From the NCBI GenBank assembly GCA_043228905.1, contig JBHGNT010000004.1, positions 23,188,001-23,252,000 on the forward strand: DNA of 64,000 bases, written 5' to 3'. Shown here piece after piece: positions 1 through 13,720 of the stretch. The notes beneath the pieces are model-generated. The model did not search any database and was not told the origin of the DNA. It saw only the letters and a program-made list of their open reading frames with translations. How positions within the stretch are numbered: the stretch's first letter is position 1; the number at the start of each line of letters is the position of its first letter. A program made the position numbers and the translations under genes. This stretch comes from Azolla caroliniana (lineage: Eukaryota; Plantae; Polypodiophyta).

Positions 1-342
1 TTTGAGATATCGATGGTGGCATATAAACACATTTTTATTTGCCATCGGTCCATACCTATAATGTTTTTCTTCATAGATTTGTTGTTATATCCCCATTTTT
101 CTCCATAATTTTCTTGTTCCACATGACCTTCATCTCACAAATTTTAAGACACCATTTAGTTATGTCTTTTACACACTTGTCAATCATAACCATACACAAT
201 CACACACATAAGTATGCACCCATGTATGTCACACATTGTTGGTTGCTCGACCTGAGTGTACACTGTAGGAACGTTCTACACCTATGTATATCACACACGT
301 TGTTGGTTGTACGATGTGTGTGTACACCACTTGAGTATTACA

Positions 343-3025
343 ATGGATCCTTGGATTGGCTACATTTTACAGGGATGCTTCTAACCAGGTTTTAATGGTT
401 GGAAGCTTGGGGAAGAGCTTTAGGATGACACGATCGGTACGCCAAGGATGCCCATTGGCCCCATACCTATTCATTATTGCAGCAAAAGCTTTGCATTATT
501 ACATTGTTGATAGATATTGGCAAATACAAGGCCTTCCCCTACCCGAGGATGTAGGAATGATGCTTGATACAGAATATGCTAATGATACAACAACTTACGT
601 TAAGGGGGATGCAAACAACTTGGATAGACTACAAAGTGCAATAAATGAGTTTTGTAGGGGATCGGGTGCTAAAATAAACTGGAATAAATGAGTGGGCATT
701 TGGATTAGCAATAACCTAGACTTGGTAAATTGGGCTCCAGACCCTAATTTCAGATGGTTGAGAAGAGGAGAAACTACTAGATACTTGGGTTTCAAAATCG
801 GTATGGACATTGATCGCTCAGAACACTACAATCTACTTGTGGACAAAATAAAAGCGAAGCTAATATGGTGGAATGCAAGAAAACTATCCTTTGTAGCCAA
901 GATTGTGATTGCAAATCAGGTTCTAATGGCCACATTATGGCATACTACAACATGTTGGATAATCGCACCCAAGTCGATGAAAGCGATAAAAAGGTTGATC
1001 AGAAATTTCTTATGGGGGGGGCACAGAGGAAAAACATGCTCGTGCAAAGGTTACATGGACCACACTTATAAAAGATAAAAGTGAAGGTGGGGTGGGACTA
1101 AATAGATCTTGTGGTGCAAACGAAGGCCTTGCTAGGCAAATTGATAAAAGTGAAGGTGGGGTGGGACTAATAGATCCTGTGGTGCAAACGAAGGCCTTGC
1201 TAGGCAAATTGGTGGTTAGGAGCTTGCAACCACCTGAGGCACCTTGGAAAATTCTTTGGCGACGTAGAGGGAAGATGTGGTTGCCAAGACAAGGTGGAAG
1301 TTGGCCAAGTAGCGCTTTCTGGGGGTTTGTGCCAGAAATGCGAACCAAATACCGGGGATGTACACAGAGTATATGTGCTGTTGGAATTATGAAGGCATGG
1401 CAAAGAATAAGAAAGGGAATCATTTGTAGGTGGAGAAATGATGCATATGCCCGAATGTACATGCATATTGTTTGGAACCCACTAATTAGAGATGTGGATG
1501 GGCTGATCACAGGACAAAAAGCAGGCTTCAAATGGGCCAATTTAATCAATGCCCAAGGGAATACATTGGCAGATTGGAAGAGATTTCTGTGTAATGATGT
1601 GGGCACTCAAAAAGCTAGAATATGGAGGATAAACAAGGGTAAATGCATGCTAATAAGGATTACAGATGCCATTGCATGCAACATGCAAACCTTGGAAGAC
1701 GAAGCCATAAGTCCCTCTGAAATTGAATAGAGAACACTTATTGATGATGAAAATGATCTAATTGGAATTAAGGGAATGAAAGCAGGATCTAATGAGGCAT
1801 GCTACTACAAAATAGAGCATAGAATGGTAATATATGAGCAACCAGCCTATCAATATGAAAGGCCGATTAGGTTGCTTGCAAAAAATGGGAAGGATATGAT
1901 AGTTGACCCCAAGCCAAGTGAGATCAAACCAACGACAGTGTGTTGGCCGATAGAAGGGCATTCAAATCAGCTATCATGGGACCCAATGATGTATTTCTGG
2001 AGAACTCAAGGACAAATTGATGGTGCCAAGTTGGTTCAATTTTTCAGGTACAACACGAAAATCAGGACGCAAATTATACTAAAACAAGAACACAAAGATA
2101 TTGCAGCTCGTAAATTTTGGATACAAGAGGGCATTAGTGAAAGGAGATTAGCTAAATTCTGGAAAATGATATGGCATGACAGTGGTGACCGCAAGATAAT
2201 GATGTGCTTATGGCTTATTGTGCATACAGCCTTGCCGGTAGGGGTGTGGGTTAAAGGCCCCAATGTAGACCCTAGATGTAGTGCATGTGGACAACTAGAA
2301 AGCATAAATCCCATTGTCTATGGGAATGTCATGAGCCAACGACTGTATGGAGAAGGGCATTACGATTGCTATGCCATTCCTCTACCTCATTTACCCTCAA
2401 ATGGGGACATGCTTCTTGGAACTGTTTTGATGATGATGTGGAGAAATTTGATAGCACATGCAAAGCAATGTACAGAGGGGAGAATGGAACTATTCGATTG
2501 ATCATTGACAATAGTGCACCTAAAGTAATGCCCAAAAGCAGAAAATTGGAGATTAATGGATGTTGCTTGCACTCATTATCATATGGAACATCTGGACAAC
2601 AAGATGTACCAGGGTATTTTCAGCAAACAAACGACCTCCAACAGAATCTATTAAGCTAATATGGCACACAATAATAACTACATTGAGGGCCCAATATGAG
2701 CAGATTGATGGAACAAATGATGCTTCAGAATTAAGGAGGCTGAATTTTAGAAAACGATGGTGTACTACACCGATGGCTGCAAAAATTAGAGTGGATATAC
2801 GGTGGCAGTACGTAGTACCGAGATGGTTGTTCCCCCCTACCATTAGATGATAGAGGGGCGTTGATGACATGAGAAACATAGAGAACAAACATGTGGGCTA
2901 TTGAGTGTAAGATAAATAAGTGATGTAGCCCATATGGAAGTAGGTAATGACTACTCGTTAAAGGGACTAAAGTTGTGTGTTGTAGGTCATTTTAACTAAT
3001 GGAGTATATTCTTATTTGGAAAAAA
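343..3025 (+). mobile_element. L1-clade LINE, 5'-truncated and frameshifted ORF2 (RT C-half, zf-RVT, C-terminal tail)
   Basis: ORF pieces read SVRQGCPLAPYLF...EYANDTT (RT), RYLGF, KSEGGVGL, CSACGQLES..H (zinc finger), and end WQYVVPRWLFPP at 2850. An A-rich end lies near 3020. Boundaries are approximate. Confidence 0.9.
1074..1210 (+). repeat. 68-69 bp direct tandem duplication inside L1 ORF2
   Basis: gataaaagtgaaggtggggtgggact...gctaggcaaatt occurs at 1074-1142 and again at 1143-1210. Confidence 0.95.
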
Positions 3026-3684
3026 GAGAGTGTAAAATAGGAACAATAACTTGTACCAAAAATAAGATGACAATGATCAATGGTAAGTTAACCAACGTTT
3101 ATTATGTATTTATAATCAATGATGGGATATCAACTTGCCAAACATGTGTAAAAAGTTGTCCCAAGGGCACACAATGTAAAAAAGAACAAATGGAGAAAAG
3201 TGTAAATATATTCATAATTTAAATTTGTCTTTAATGCACTTTTATAATATCATGCTATACTATGTATGTATTGTTATTTTGATACGTATATTCTTATAGT
3301 GGTAATGTGCAACTCTAATTAGTCTATGCTTGAATTTGAATCAACATGTTCTCAAACTATTTGAATGTTGTAGTTGATTCTCATTTTATCCTCATGATAT
3401 ACAATATGTGGAGAAACGAATCGTCAATCCACAAGAAAAGGAATATGCTGAAATACACAACTCTGAAACACAGAAAACAATGTGCACAGATTTAACATGG
3501 AAAACTTTTGAGAATCGAACTCAACTTCCCATAGATAGGTTTCACACTAGCTCATGGACATTCCAGGCTAGTTTTGTAAATAATAGAAAGGGCGCTTGCC
3601 CTAACTTAGTTGGTATATAAACTACCTCATTGTAACTTAGTCACTGTTGGATGTATTTCGTTTTGTTAATATCATATACACTTT

Positions 3685-3686
<2 letters not shown>

Positions 3687-3726
<40 letters not shown>

Positions 3727-3741
3727 GTTACACACACACAC
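3687..3741. repeat. (CT)n and (AC)n microsatellites
   Basis: Read directly from the sequence. Confidence 0.9.
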
Positions 3742-3789
3742 ATACGTTCACCTTCCGTTGCATTGCAACCACTCTTGCCTTCCCATTTC

Positions 3790-4255
3790 TTAACAAAAAC
3801 CTTAAAGTGGGAGAAAACCACGGAGAACGTAGCTTCACTATACAACACATATACAACAAGATCAGAGTACAATAGTCTCTCCACACACTGTAAACAGCCT
3901 CGCAAGGCTCTTGGCATATGCTGTTTCTAAAGCACAGCTATGGCGCCGCTCACTCACTCACGCTCCCACACACTCTCTTCTCATCTTTGCCATACTCTAT
4001 AGAGGCTCACCCATATATATCTCTTCATGTTCTGTTTGCCCTAGCTGTATTTATACTAATACACAGAATGGGCTATTTACAGTCCTGGCCATTATTATTA
4101 TCCAATAATAATAATAATAGTCTTACTAATCAGTCGACTCATTCGTCGACTGTCGGGGTGGTCCGAATACTCGGCCTGGTCATCGAACATCTGGTTGGCC
4201 CAACTAGCCAGTCATGTCTTCGACCTTGATCAACTCTCTCTAAAGTCGATTCCTC
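3790..4255 (-). mobile_element. Degenerate LTR-like fragment (Copia-type U5 motif)
   Basis: The reverse complement contains ttgtatagtgaag...ccgtggttttctccca, resembling the U5 motif of the LTRs at 4256 and 45202. Termini are unclear. Confidence 0.4.
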
Positions 4256-4602
4256 TGTTAGGAAACAGGCCCCTCTGGATGGGAAGTGAGAAGAACAATG
4301 CTGATGAGATACGACTGAGACCGAAACCGGATGACGAGTACCCGGCAAGAGCTGGATGGTGAAGACCCGGTGGGAACCGGATGAAGTGTGCCCGGCAAGT
4401 GCCGGATGATGCAGGCTCGGTGAGGAGTGCTCACCGGATGAAGGGACATATTCGTAAATATGTTTTATGAGAGTCCATCGGGGCTATATTTGTAAATAGC
4501 CGAAAAGTCATATTAGTATAAATATGACTTAGGGCAAACTTAGTACCATAGTTGTTGTTGTTGTTGTCATTCTTGTTGGCGCAAGATTAGAGCGCAACAG
4601 TG

Positions 4603-4672
<70 letters not shown>

Positions 4673-5008
4673 CGAAGAGTTCGTATCTCTGTTGTAACCA
4701 CCGCCTGTGGCGAAGACAGTGAACAAGAGGTTGTTGCCTCTGTGTTCATCTATTGTATATTGTTACATAGTGATAGTTAACAGTCAGTGGACTGCTGTGG
4801 TTTTTCCCGTGTTTGGGTTTTCCACGTAAACATCCTGTGTACTCTTCTCTCCATTGTGTCATGCATTCTTTCCCCGTTTTTTGTGTTTGATTCTAAGCTC
4901 CGTTGTGGCCGAGCGTTGTTCATCGGGAGTGTGTGTTCCTGTCATCCTCAACCGTCGGCTCTCATCCAATCAGTCGGTTCCTCCCACTGGAGGGACATAT
5001 TCCTAACA
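4256..5008 (+). mobile_element. Solo LTR, Copia-type, with internal (AG)n
   Basis: Perfect 9-bp terminal inverted repeat tgttaggaa...ttcctaaca. TATA (tataaata) near 4517, (AG)n at 4606-4666, U5 motif gtggtttttccc...gggttttccacgt. No matching TSD. Confidence 0.8.
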
Positions 5009-5099
5009 CAATAGTCACCATATAAAAAGGGAGTGTACGTCATTTAGTTAGGATTTGGTTAAGCACAAATAATGCTATCAAAAACAATGGTAAGAGATT

Positions 5100-5792
5100 T
5101 GAGCATGAGCCTTCAAGAATAATGCCACTCAATGAGTCCTATTACATCCCTTCTTGATGGACCACATTCTATTGTAACCCTCGGGTAGAGTGACTTTCTT
5201 TGTTTGGTTATTGTCGTCTTTATAGGGTTTGGAGATCAATGAATACAATGTACCAAGTCAACCTCTATATCTAAATTACATGATATAGACCCAATAAGGG
5301 CCTTACGACACACAACATACACCTCTTAACCTGGTAGTGAACTTCAATATGCTCCCTCTCCACATCACCAAATTAGTGTTCACGATAGTTGCAGGTTGCA
5401 ACGCCGTTACTGCATGAATCCGCTCCTTAGCTCCTCCTTTGTTGAGCCCCTCCAAAAGCTTGGGTATGGTTGAGACTAAGGACATCAACACCCTTAGAAT
5501 CTAGACATGTGTATCAAGGTATACATATGCCTAAACACCCATGCGTCTGCAAAACAATGAGTGTTGCATTTGTTTTAGGCTCCCTATTGAGCAACACCAG
5601 CTCAAGCACTTCCAACTTATTTTTCTTAGCCTTCGACAACTCATGAAATTGAACAAAATAATGATTGATACAATGACGATGATGATACCGTGAAGCTAAA
5701 GGTGACCCATTAAGCAAAAGAAACAATATCCCTCATAGAAAACGTTGTCGTAGAGTTCACGATTGGTGTGTTGAGTTGTAAGGGTTATGAAT

Positions 5793-5840
<48 letters not shown>

Positions 5841-6720
5841 GAACACAAACAAGAGATGATTCAAATAATGTAAGATTCAAGAAGCAAAGAGTATATATGA
5901 TAAAAATATGCTTTGTTAAATTGTGCATCCAAGATTTTAGCTACCAAAGTTACAATGTAATGATGGCACCTTATTTTTGCTAAACTTTGACTCGAACCCT
6001 TGACTTAAATCATGAGAGATGAAAAACCTTCAAATTGAGCTAACCTAATCTCTTGATTATTAATCAACTCTTCCTTTTCTATCTCTAAATAGTGTTTAAA
6101 TAAAAATGCATGTATGTGGGAGTCCTTGTGATGTGTGATTGCCATTTTGGACACGTGCTACGTGTGATGCATGACAACCATGTTGCTTATCTGAGTCATC
6201 ATGAATGTAATACTGCACAAGACATAGTTGTATAGGTTATAGGTTAACACTTAATGTGTGATGCGAGGTTATAGCTTTGAGCCTCACAAATGTCACTTGT
6301 CATAATATTTGAATTTGTTTTATATTGTGAAGCAATTTCTTAAGGATAGTGTTTTCCATTGTATATAATTTAAGATCCATGAAAATGGTAGGAAATTGAA
6401 ATTCTCAGATAAGTTTCTATTCAAGGGACTATAATAGGTATTGTACAAAATACTTACAACTTCGAATGAGCTATTGGCTTGGTCAATATAAACATAGTGG
6501 GGACTATGCACTACAATCAAACCAAGGTGTCACAATAATTGAGAGAGTCTAAAAATTTCTCTTCCAAGCGACCACATCATCCCGAGCTTTCAAAGCATAA
6601 AAAGTTGTGAACCGCAAGTTTAACTAAACCCATTCCCAATTGTTTTACCGCAAGTTTACCGAGCTATGGTAAGAAGAAGACGAATGTTCAAAGAGCCAAG
6701 ATGAAGAGCATTCATGATAT
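5100..6720 (-). pseudogene. Possible decayed ARM-repeat gene remnant, split by a solo LTR
   Basis: Fragment IPKLLEGLNKGGAKERIHAVTAL (5303-5491 ORF) resembles an armadillo repeat. There are many stops, and the recognition is by eye only. Confidence 0.25.
5746..6288 (-). mobile_element. Probable solo LTR with (GA)n
   Basis: TG...CA ends flanked by aacgt (5741-45) and aatgt (6289-93), a TSD with one CpG transition. (GA)n at 5795-5839. Confidence 0.55.
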
Positions 6721-7006
6721 CCATTACTGAGAGCAATGGCGGGAGCGCGAACAACAGAGCGTGGAGTGGGAGCAGCAGAACAGGGCGCGCAGGAGCAGGC
6801 GCAAGTGCACGATGAAGAACGCGCGCGTCCAACAGAGCAGGAGCAGGAGCACAACGCCAGCTGCTGTCTAGGTACTCCCACACCCACAATCCTCCCTCCC
6901 TCCCCCAACCAGAAAAAGCACAATAATTAATTAATTAGAAAAACACACAAAACAAAGGGGGAAGGGAAGACCAACACAGACAGCCTCGCAAGACACATAA
7001 CTTGCT

Positions 7007-8399
7007 ATGGAGGGAGGAATCGAGCTTCCACCAGTGCCCATTTTGCTCGATGAAGAAGGTGGATCAGATCTCGACATTACCTTGTCCCCTGAGGCCAACC
7101 GTTTCTTATCGGAGGAAATCGAACGTCTACGGTGTACCTCCTTCGTATGTAGGTTTCGAGCAGGTAGACCAAGTCGGGGCATGGTTCGGGACATGTTCCA
7201 GGTGGCTGTGATGGAGAACATGCCTGTGATCAAGAGTGTCAGAGGTTTAGGGAAAAACTTCTTCCACATTGAATTAGGTAATGGCTCGCTGGTGCAACCA
7301 TTGGTCGAGCTCAAGGTACTCGAACTGAAGTACGACAAGGTGTTGCTCCAACCATGGTCACCAGGGTTCAATCTGATTGAAGAGTTACGAAAACTCAACA
7401 ACCCTAGGGTGATCATCGCAACATTTCCCGGCCTCCCTCCCCATTTGTGCCATCTGCTCCCTCTTTTTGGCGAGCAAATAGGGATGATATGTCCTCAAAA
7501 AGTGTCAATGGCAGACACAGTTGCAGAGGTACCCAAGTTGCGCATCTTGGTGCCTTCCCTCCATGGACTTCCATCAAGGATTAGACTCTACTCTGAGGAG
7601 CTAGGTCTCACATTGGTGCAAGTGGTTTATGAGGGACTCCCGGGGTAGTGTTTCATTTGCAAACAGACAGGACACCTAGCTAAGGCGTGTCCTCTCAAGA
7701 CTGGAAAGGGAAGCTCGGGACCTCGACCCTCGGGCAAAGTCAGGACAACCAAGGGTGACGAGGCTCCTTGGATACCCGTTAAGAAGAAGGGGAAACTTGG
7801 AGGCCTAGGTGCATCCTCTTCCGCCCTTTTTCATGACCACCCCTTTGAAAGAAGTCCCGCTACCTTGTCACCAGCAAGTGCGGACGAGCAACCCTTGAAA
7901 CGGGTAAAGATCCTCTCTGGGAGTGCCAATGCACCCGACCTACAGGTGAGAGCTACCAACAGATTTACACTTCTTCAAGGGTTAGGGGATGGCGACCCAG
8001 AAGCGCTGGCAGCAATACTGTCCCCATGCGACTCCTCATGCCTGCTCCCACGAGAGCCTGAACTCATGTTTTCTACCCCGATGGAGATGCAACCCCAACT
8101 TGTACCGTCCACCCCGGAAGACGGGCAAGCTCAAGGACAAAGGAAAGGGTAAGATAGGCCGATCAACACCTGGTTTGGCGACGACTCTCTTAGATAGAGG
8201 GATGCAAGATGTGCCACCGCTTCGGAGCACAAATGTATCGAGGGATCTATTTGAAGTGGGTCGGGAACGACTGGCTGAGAATCCCGCAGGGGATTTGCAA
8301 CCTGCTGTGGAGACCATACCCCCCGAAATAGGTGTTAGTTTGCCCCATAACATGGGGATCGGCCCGAACATGGGCGTCAACGTCACCGCTTTTGGATGA
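7007..8399 (+). pseudogene. L1 ORF1 (DUF4283-like RRM region + CCHC zinc knuckle), disrupted
   Basis: GLGKNFFHIEL...LLQPWSPGF...FPGLP...YEGLP, then an in-frame TAG at 7646, then CFICKQTGHLAKAC. Confidence 0.85.
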
Positions 8400-11300
8400 G
8401 GATCCTAACGTGGAATGTACAAGGGCTTGGTGGAGCTGAATCCCCTTAATATAGGGGGCCATATTGACATATTGCTTTTGCAGGAACACCACCTCTCGCA
8501 AGAGCGAACTCAGAGCTTAGTAAACCCCTTGTCGGGTGGGTGGACCACATGGTGGTCGGCAGCACAGGGTGACCTCCACCGAAGAGGAGGAGTCTGTATC
8601 TCGATCAGTGATAAGGCCCGATACGAAGTAACATCATCTGGCACGTTGGTGGAGGTTCGGGCCTTATACGTGCTTTTGAAATGGAATTGCCTACAGATTG
8701 GGGTGCTAAACATTTATGCCCCTAACTCAGACCACGAGAGAGCGATCTTTTGGAGGATGTTAGCGACAACATTACCTAATGCCAAGGCTTGGGGAATGGC
8801 AGGTGATTTCAACATGACTGAATACTTGGGAGATAGGAAAGGAGGGACCCAGAGGCCTATTTATGGTGCGGAGTTGGATTCATGGGCTTTCTTAATGGGC
8901 AAAATCGGGGTGAAGGATACATGGGGCTCTTCCCTTAGGAGAAGCTCACATTTGTTGCACTTTTCTAGAGCCGCCGGGAATGCTAGGGGCAGTAGTCTTG
9001 CACGGCTAGATCGCATATACATCAACTCATCCCTCAAAGAGCTTGGGGGCTCCTTTGCTATCTTGGCAGGTCTTACCTTTTCAGATCATCAGTCGATGAG
9101 ACTAGACCTTAACCCACCCAACGATAGCAAGGGCAGTCTCAATGTGAAGATCCCCACAAAGATCATGAAGAGTGAAGAGGTGAAGGTCGGTTTACAAAGT
9201 ATATGGCAGGACACCATGGGCAGTGAATTAACCAACGAAGATTTGCAGAAAAAATTGGCCCTCTCCTCCTCCTTCTTATAATGGGAGACCAAGTGCACCC
9301 TCCAACAAGTTAGAGCCATTGAAACAAAATTAAGGAAGGCTGTTGCGGCAGCACAACGACTGCTACAGGTAGACCCTGGTTGCAATTGGTCTAGAGCTAA
9401 GCTAGAGGAAGCAAAGATGAAGGTACAGGAAAGGACTTTGGAGAAGAACTGAATGTTGTTTCGAAGAAACGCAGCATGGTGGGCTAGAAAAGACGACAAG
9501 GTCAACCGACATTTCTTTCACTACAAGGCACCCAAGGGTGGTGGTGGACGTATACAAGGGCCGCGAAAACCAGACGGCTCGATAACGGAGGACAAGACTG
9601 AGATTTTGGAAATGGCAACACAATACTATCGTGACCTCCTTGCACCTATGCATGTGAGGCAACACATGGAGTTGGCTGATCGAGTGATGTCTTGCATTCA
9701 CCCCAAGGTAACCCATGCGATGGAAGTTGTGCTCGATAACCCCATCTCTCATTTAGAACTCTCGGAGGTGGTTAGGGGATTGCGAAGGGGTGCATGCCCT
9801 GGCCCCGATGGTCTCTCGCGAGATTTCTTCAAGATTCATTGGGAATGTGTTATCCCGTCTTTGGAAGCCAGAGTTCAAGAGATTTGGTCCTCAGGAAAGA
9901 TGCCGATTGGTTTGGCTGAGGGGATGATATATCTCATCCCCAAAGCGTCAGAGCGAAGCCTAGAGTTGCACCAGTGGCGTCCAATCACGATCCTTAACAC
10001 GGCATACAAGATACTCGATAAAGTCCTAGCTCGACGGTTAGCAAGCTTCTTATTGGACATCATACATGACAATCAAATTGGATTTGTCAAGAACAGGTGT
10101 ATCTTTGATAATGTGTTGCTTCTTTGGGAAGCTATGGCATTGGCCGACCGCTCCGTATCGAGCTCAGCTATTCTGATGTTAGACTTCGAGAAGGCCTACA
10201 ACATGGTGTTATGGCCCTTTTTGGAAAATGTGATGAGAGCTTTGGGCATACCTCAAAAATGGAGGAATTGCACTTCTGCACTCTATCGGACAGCTACGAG
10301 TAGCGTGTTGATGGTTGGTTCTAGGAAACCCGCCTTCCAACTACAACGCTCAGTGAGGCAAGGTTGTCCCCTAGCCCCATATCTCTATCTCTTTGTAACC
10401 AAGGCTTTCTCCGCCTACTTACAAGCACCAACCAACGGGCTTCGGGGATTGCCCATCCCCAATGCGATTGAAGATTTGTTGTTATCTGAATATGCCGACA
10501 ATACAGTTCTGAATATGCCAACGGGCTTTTCTTGCAAGGTGATGAGGAGAATTTGCAGCGGGTTGAACATCTTGTCAAGGACTTTTGTCAGGCGGCTAGT
10601 GCCAAGATCAATTGGAATAAAACCCAAGGCCTATGGTTCAGCGAACAAGAGAAACCAAGATGGCAACCCCATGCCGATTTTATGTGGGTCCCTTATGGGA
10701 CGACGTTCAAGTACCTTGGATTTACGATGGGGAGGTCAATCCCCAAGGGAGCGCAATTGGCCCACATACAAGCCAAAATAAATAGGAAGTTGACCCAATG
10801 GAGTAGATCTAAACTATCCTTCGCTGGTAGGGTCCTTGTTGCAAACCAAGTGCTGCTCGCTACCATGTGGCACTCAGTCTCATGCTGGATTATGGACCCT
10901 GCAGGTTTGCACGCGATTAAGGTTGCCATCAAAGGGTTTATATCCTCAGGTAAGGACAACCCAAGGGCTGTCGCTAGAGTGTCATGGTGTTGGTTAACGC
11001 AACCGTGGGCCAAAGGGGGGCTTGGCCTCATAGACCCCTTAATGCAAAGTCGTTCATTGTTGGCTAAACTGGTGGTTCGCTGCCTCCTGCCAGGTAAGGG
11101 GTGTTGGAAGGTACTACTTCGCAACAAGCTGCAAGAAAGGACTCCCAAGTATGGTAGGCCTTGGCTCGACTCCTTGAATTGGTGTTGCACGAGCGGAGTC
11201 CCACCCAAGCTGGCTTGCCATCCGGAGGACAGGGTCGCGAACTCCATCTTGCGGGCATGGTGCCATCGACGACAACATTTGGTCAAGCACACCCCGGAGA

Positions 11301-12628
11301 CATTGACCGAATGGACTAGACAGCCACTATTCTGAAATCCTCACGTGCAAACAAGTGACGACACGATGCTAGGGCAACAAAAGGGCCTAGCATGGGGAAA
11401 GCTGGCACAAACAAGCCTCCTATCTATAGACGATTGGAGACACATGGCTATTTCAGAAAGAGCCCAAGAGGACCTTTTCCCTCCCCTCAAGGGAGCGTCG
11501 AAAATGCGGAGACTGATAGCTGAGGCAATTGACAGGGTTCCGATGGGGGAGGCGAGAGAACATGCATGGTTCGGTCTCTTTGATGAGGTTGGAATGGTCA
11601 AGTCGCTAAAGGGTGTGAGTAGATCGGGGAGAGATACAGTTTTTGGGGACAGTCAGAGCAAGGGCTCTTGACAACATCTGGAAGACAGACCCGGATGTTG
11701 CTAAGGTGGAACCCCATTGGAGGTTAAGGGTATACGGTTGTCGCCCCCTTGTCGATATGGATTGGGACCCAGGGGATTTCAGATGGAAACATGACAATAG
11801 ACTCCATCACTTATTCGATTACACCACTAAATTGGGTCAAACTTTGCAGCTGCAGCTAGGCAGCCCCCTTCGCAATGGCTGGCGATCATTGGGCATCCCC
11901 GATGAGGCGCTCATTACCTTTTGGAAGGGTCTCTGGCGTCTCCACATGCCTGAAAAGATCAAGCTCTTTTGGTGGCAGATCGGTCATAATGTGGTCCCGT
12001 TGGTGAATGGCTAGATAAACATGGCGGCCCGTTAGGCTACCCACTGTGCTCTCGACCTATTGAGACTTTGAGACATTGTCTATGGGATTGTCCTCAAGCT
12101 CAAAAGGTCTAGGATAGAGTGACTCGCCTCCTTGCGGCATGTGAAGTTGAAGGAACAACCTCGTGGAGCGTTGCGGCATGGATTGATCACTCGATCGAAG
12201 GGTGGACGGACACCGTCAATGCGGATAGTTGGTGCTATGTATGCACGAGAGGCAAAATCGTCAAGATCCGTTTCGAAAGAGGCTTGCAGCCCGCATCCCC
12301 TAGGTTTCTAGAAATCTGGCTGTTGATCGCAGGTTTCACCTTGTGGTATATATGGAAAGCGCGTTGCCTCAAGGTTTTCCAAGGTACGGTATGGCCCCTG
12401 GAGGAAGTGATCATGGACATATGGTTCACGATTATTAGCTGCCTACGAGGGCAACTGGAAGAGATTTGCAGCCACTCCAACGATGTGGTCTTTGCCCGTT
12501 TGCGCTTTTGGCAGAAATGGTGGAACACACCTATGGTGATGCAAGGCGGGAGTGGCCCGAGGTGGAACTACCAGCCCCCACGTTGGCTGTTTCCTACTCA
12601 CCTGTCACCCTCTCACCTTATGATATAA
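8396..12628 (+). pseudogene. L1 ORF2: AP endonuclease, reverse transcriptase, zf-RVT; several stops and frameshifts
   Basis: MRILTWNVQGL, LLQEHH, IYAPN, GDFN, RLDRIY, SDH (APE). PGPDG, WRPITILN, LDFEKAY, QGCPLAP, EYADN (RT). Confidence 0.95.
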
Positions 12629-13720
12629 GCTTAAAATTATACTCTCCTCTTTACCACTTATATTATTAAGATAATTTTTTCTCAAATTAATGAAGGCTTC
12701 CCCAAGCTTCCCCAATTGATAACTATGTTCCAATGTAATAAATGTCACTATAGTGATTGTTGATATCCGAATATTTCCAATGGTGGTGTTTTAATTGGTC
12801 CCAATTGCCAAGGGGTATTTTGCCTCCGTTGGGTCACCATGGGGATGAGCAACTATCCTTGTTGCTATTGGGACACGATTGCTAGTAGAATGCTACTACC
12901 AACAATGCAAATGATGAAGGAAAGGGAATAGAAGAAGTTGAATATCAAGTGGGTGAATAAGAATGAGACAAGAAAATCCAGTCATAAAAGAGCGCAGAGT
13001 CGAGTCAATGATTAGCCAAGAGCCAAGACATGGCTCGTTACAAAGTTTAGTCAATAGTCGAGCAACCTCTAGACCAATGATATATAATTATGAATTGACA
13101 ACCAAAATGATGGTTGATGGTCTTTAAGTGAAATCCTATATATCCAAAGGCCTAGCCATGTTGAAAATTGAGTGTTCACTACCTTAAAGGTCAATATCCC
13201 ATCATTCTTCAAGCCAAGCCAAGAGATAGATGATGTTTGATAGCCACAAGATAAGACAAGATAAGTTATAGTTGATGGCCAAATGGAGCTAAATGATATC
13301 AAGACCCATGACTATTTTGAAATACTTGAGCGACGAGGTGATATCCAAACAATCACCAAGCTTATATTTGATATATGCTAGCTAAAGCAATCAATTTAAA
13401 GTCAATTTTTAAGTTGGACCTACAAGCAATATCAAATGGCTAACCTCTGCAAGTTGAGCGACAACTTGGCCTAGGTAATGGGGATAGCTTAAATGAGAGT
13501 TAATAGTTGGGTCAAGACAATCAAGGATTTTAGAAAATAAATGGAGGATGAGCTAAACAGAAGAATGAAAATGAGGGTAAAGAGATGATTGACATGCGTC
13601 CATGGCCTAATGGACAATGAACTAGATAGCATGTCAAGAGAGTTATGGGATCAAGCATTTCGATGAAACTATCTCATGACTCATGAGCATGCCAAGTCCT
13701 TGAATGGAATTTGGGAGTTC

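Larger units (their letters stand above)
6940..12630 (+). mobile_element. Near full-length L1-clade LINE (ORF1 + ORF2), inactivated, 3' UTR lost
   Basis: ORF1 and an APE-RT-zf-RVT ORF2 are present in order. It is the same family as 60373-63234. Confidence 0.95.

Noticed and set aside
3651-4749. Short ORFs with SLSLSL/ERERER runs (also at 36414-36861, 41698, 47425-47785, 50396)
   Set aside because: They are translations of microsatellites.
4116-5016. aatagtc direct repeat as a TSD for 4123-5010
   Set aside because: It does not abut TG/CA termini. The 9-bp inverted repeat defines 4256-5008 better.
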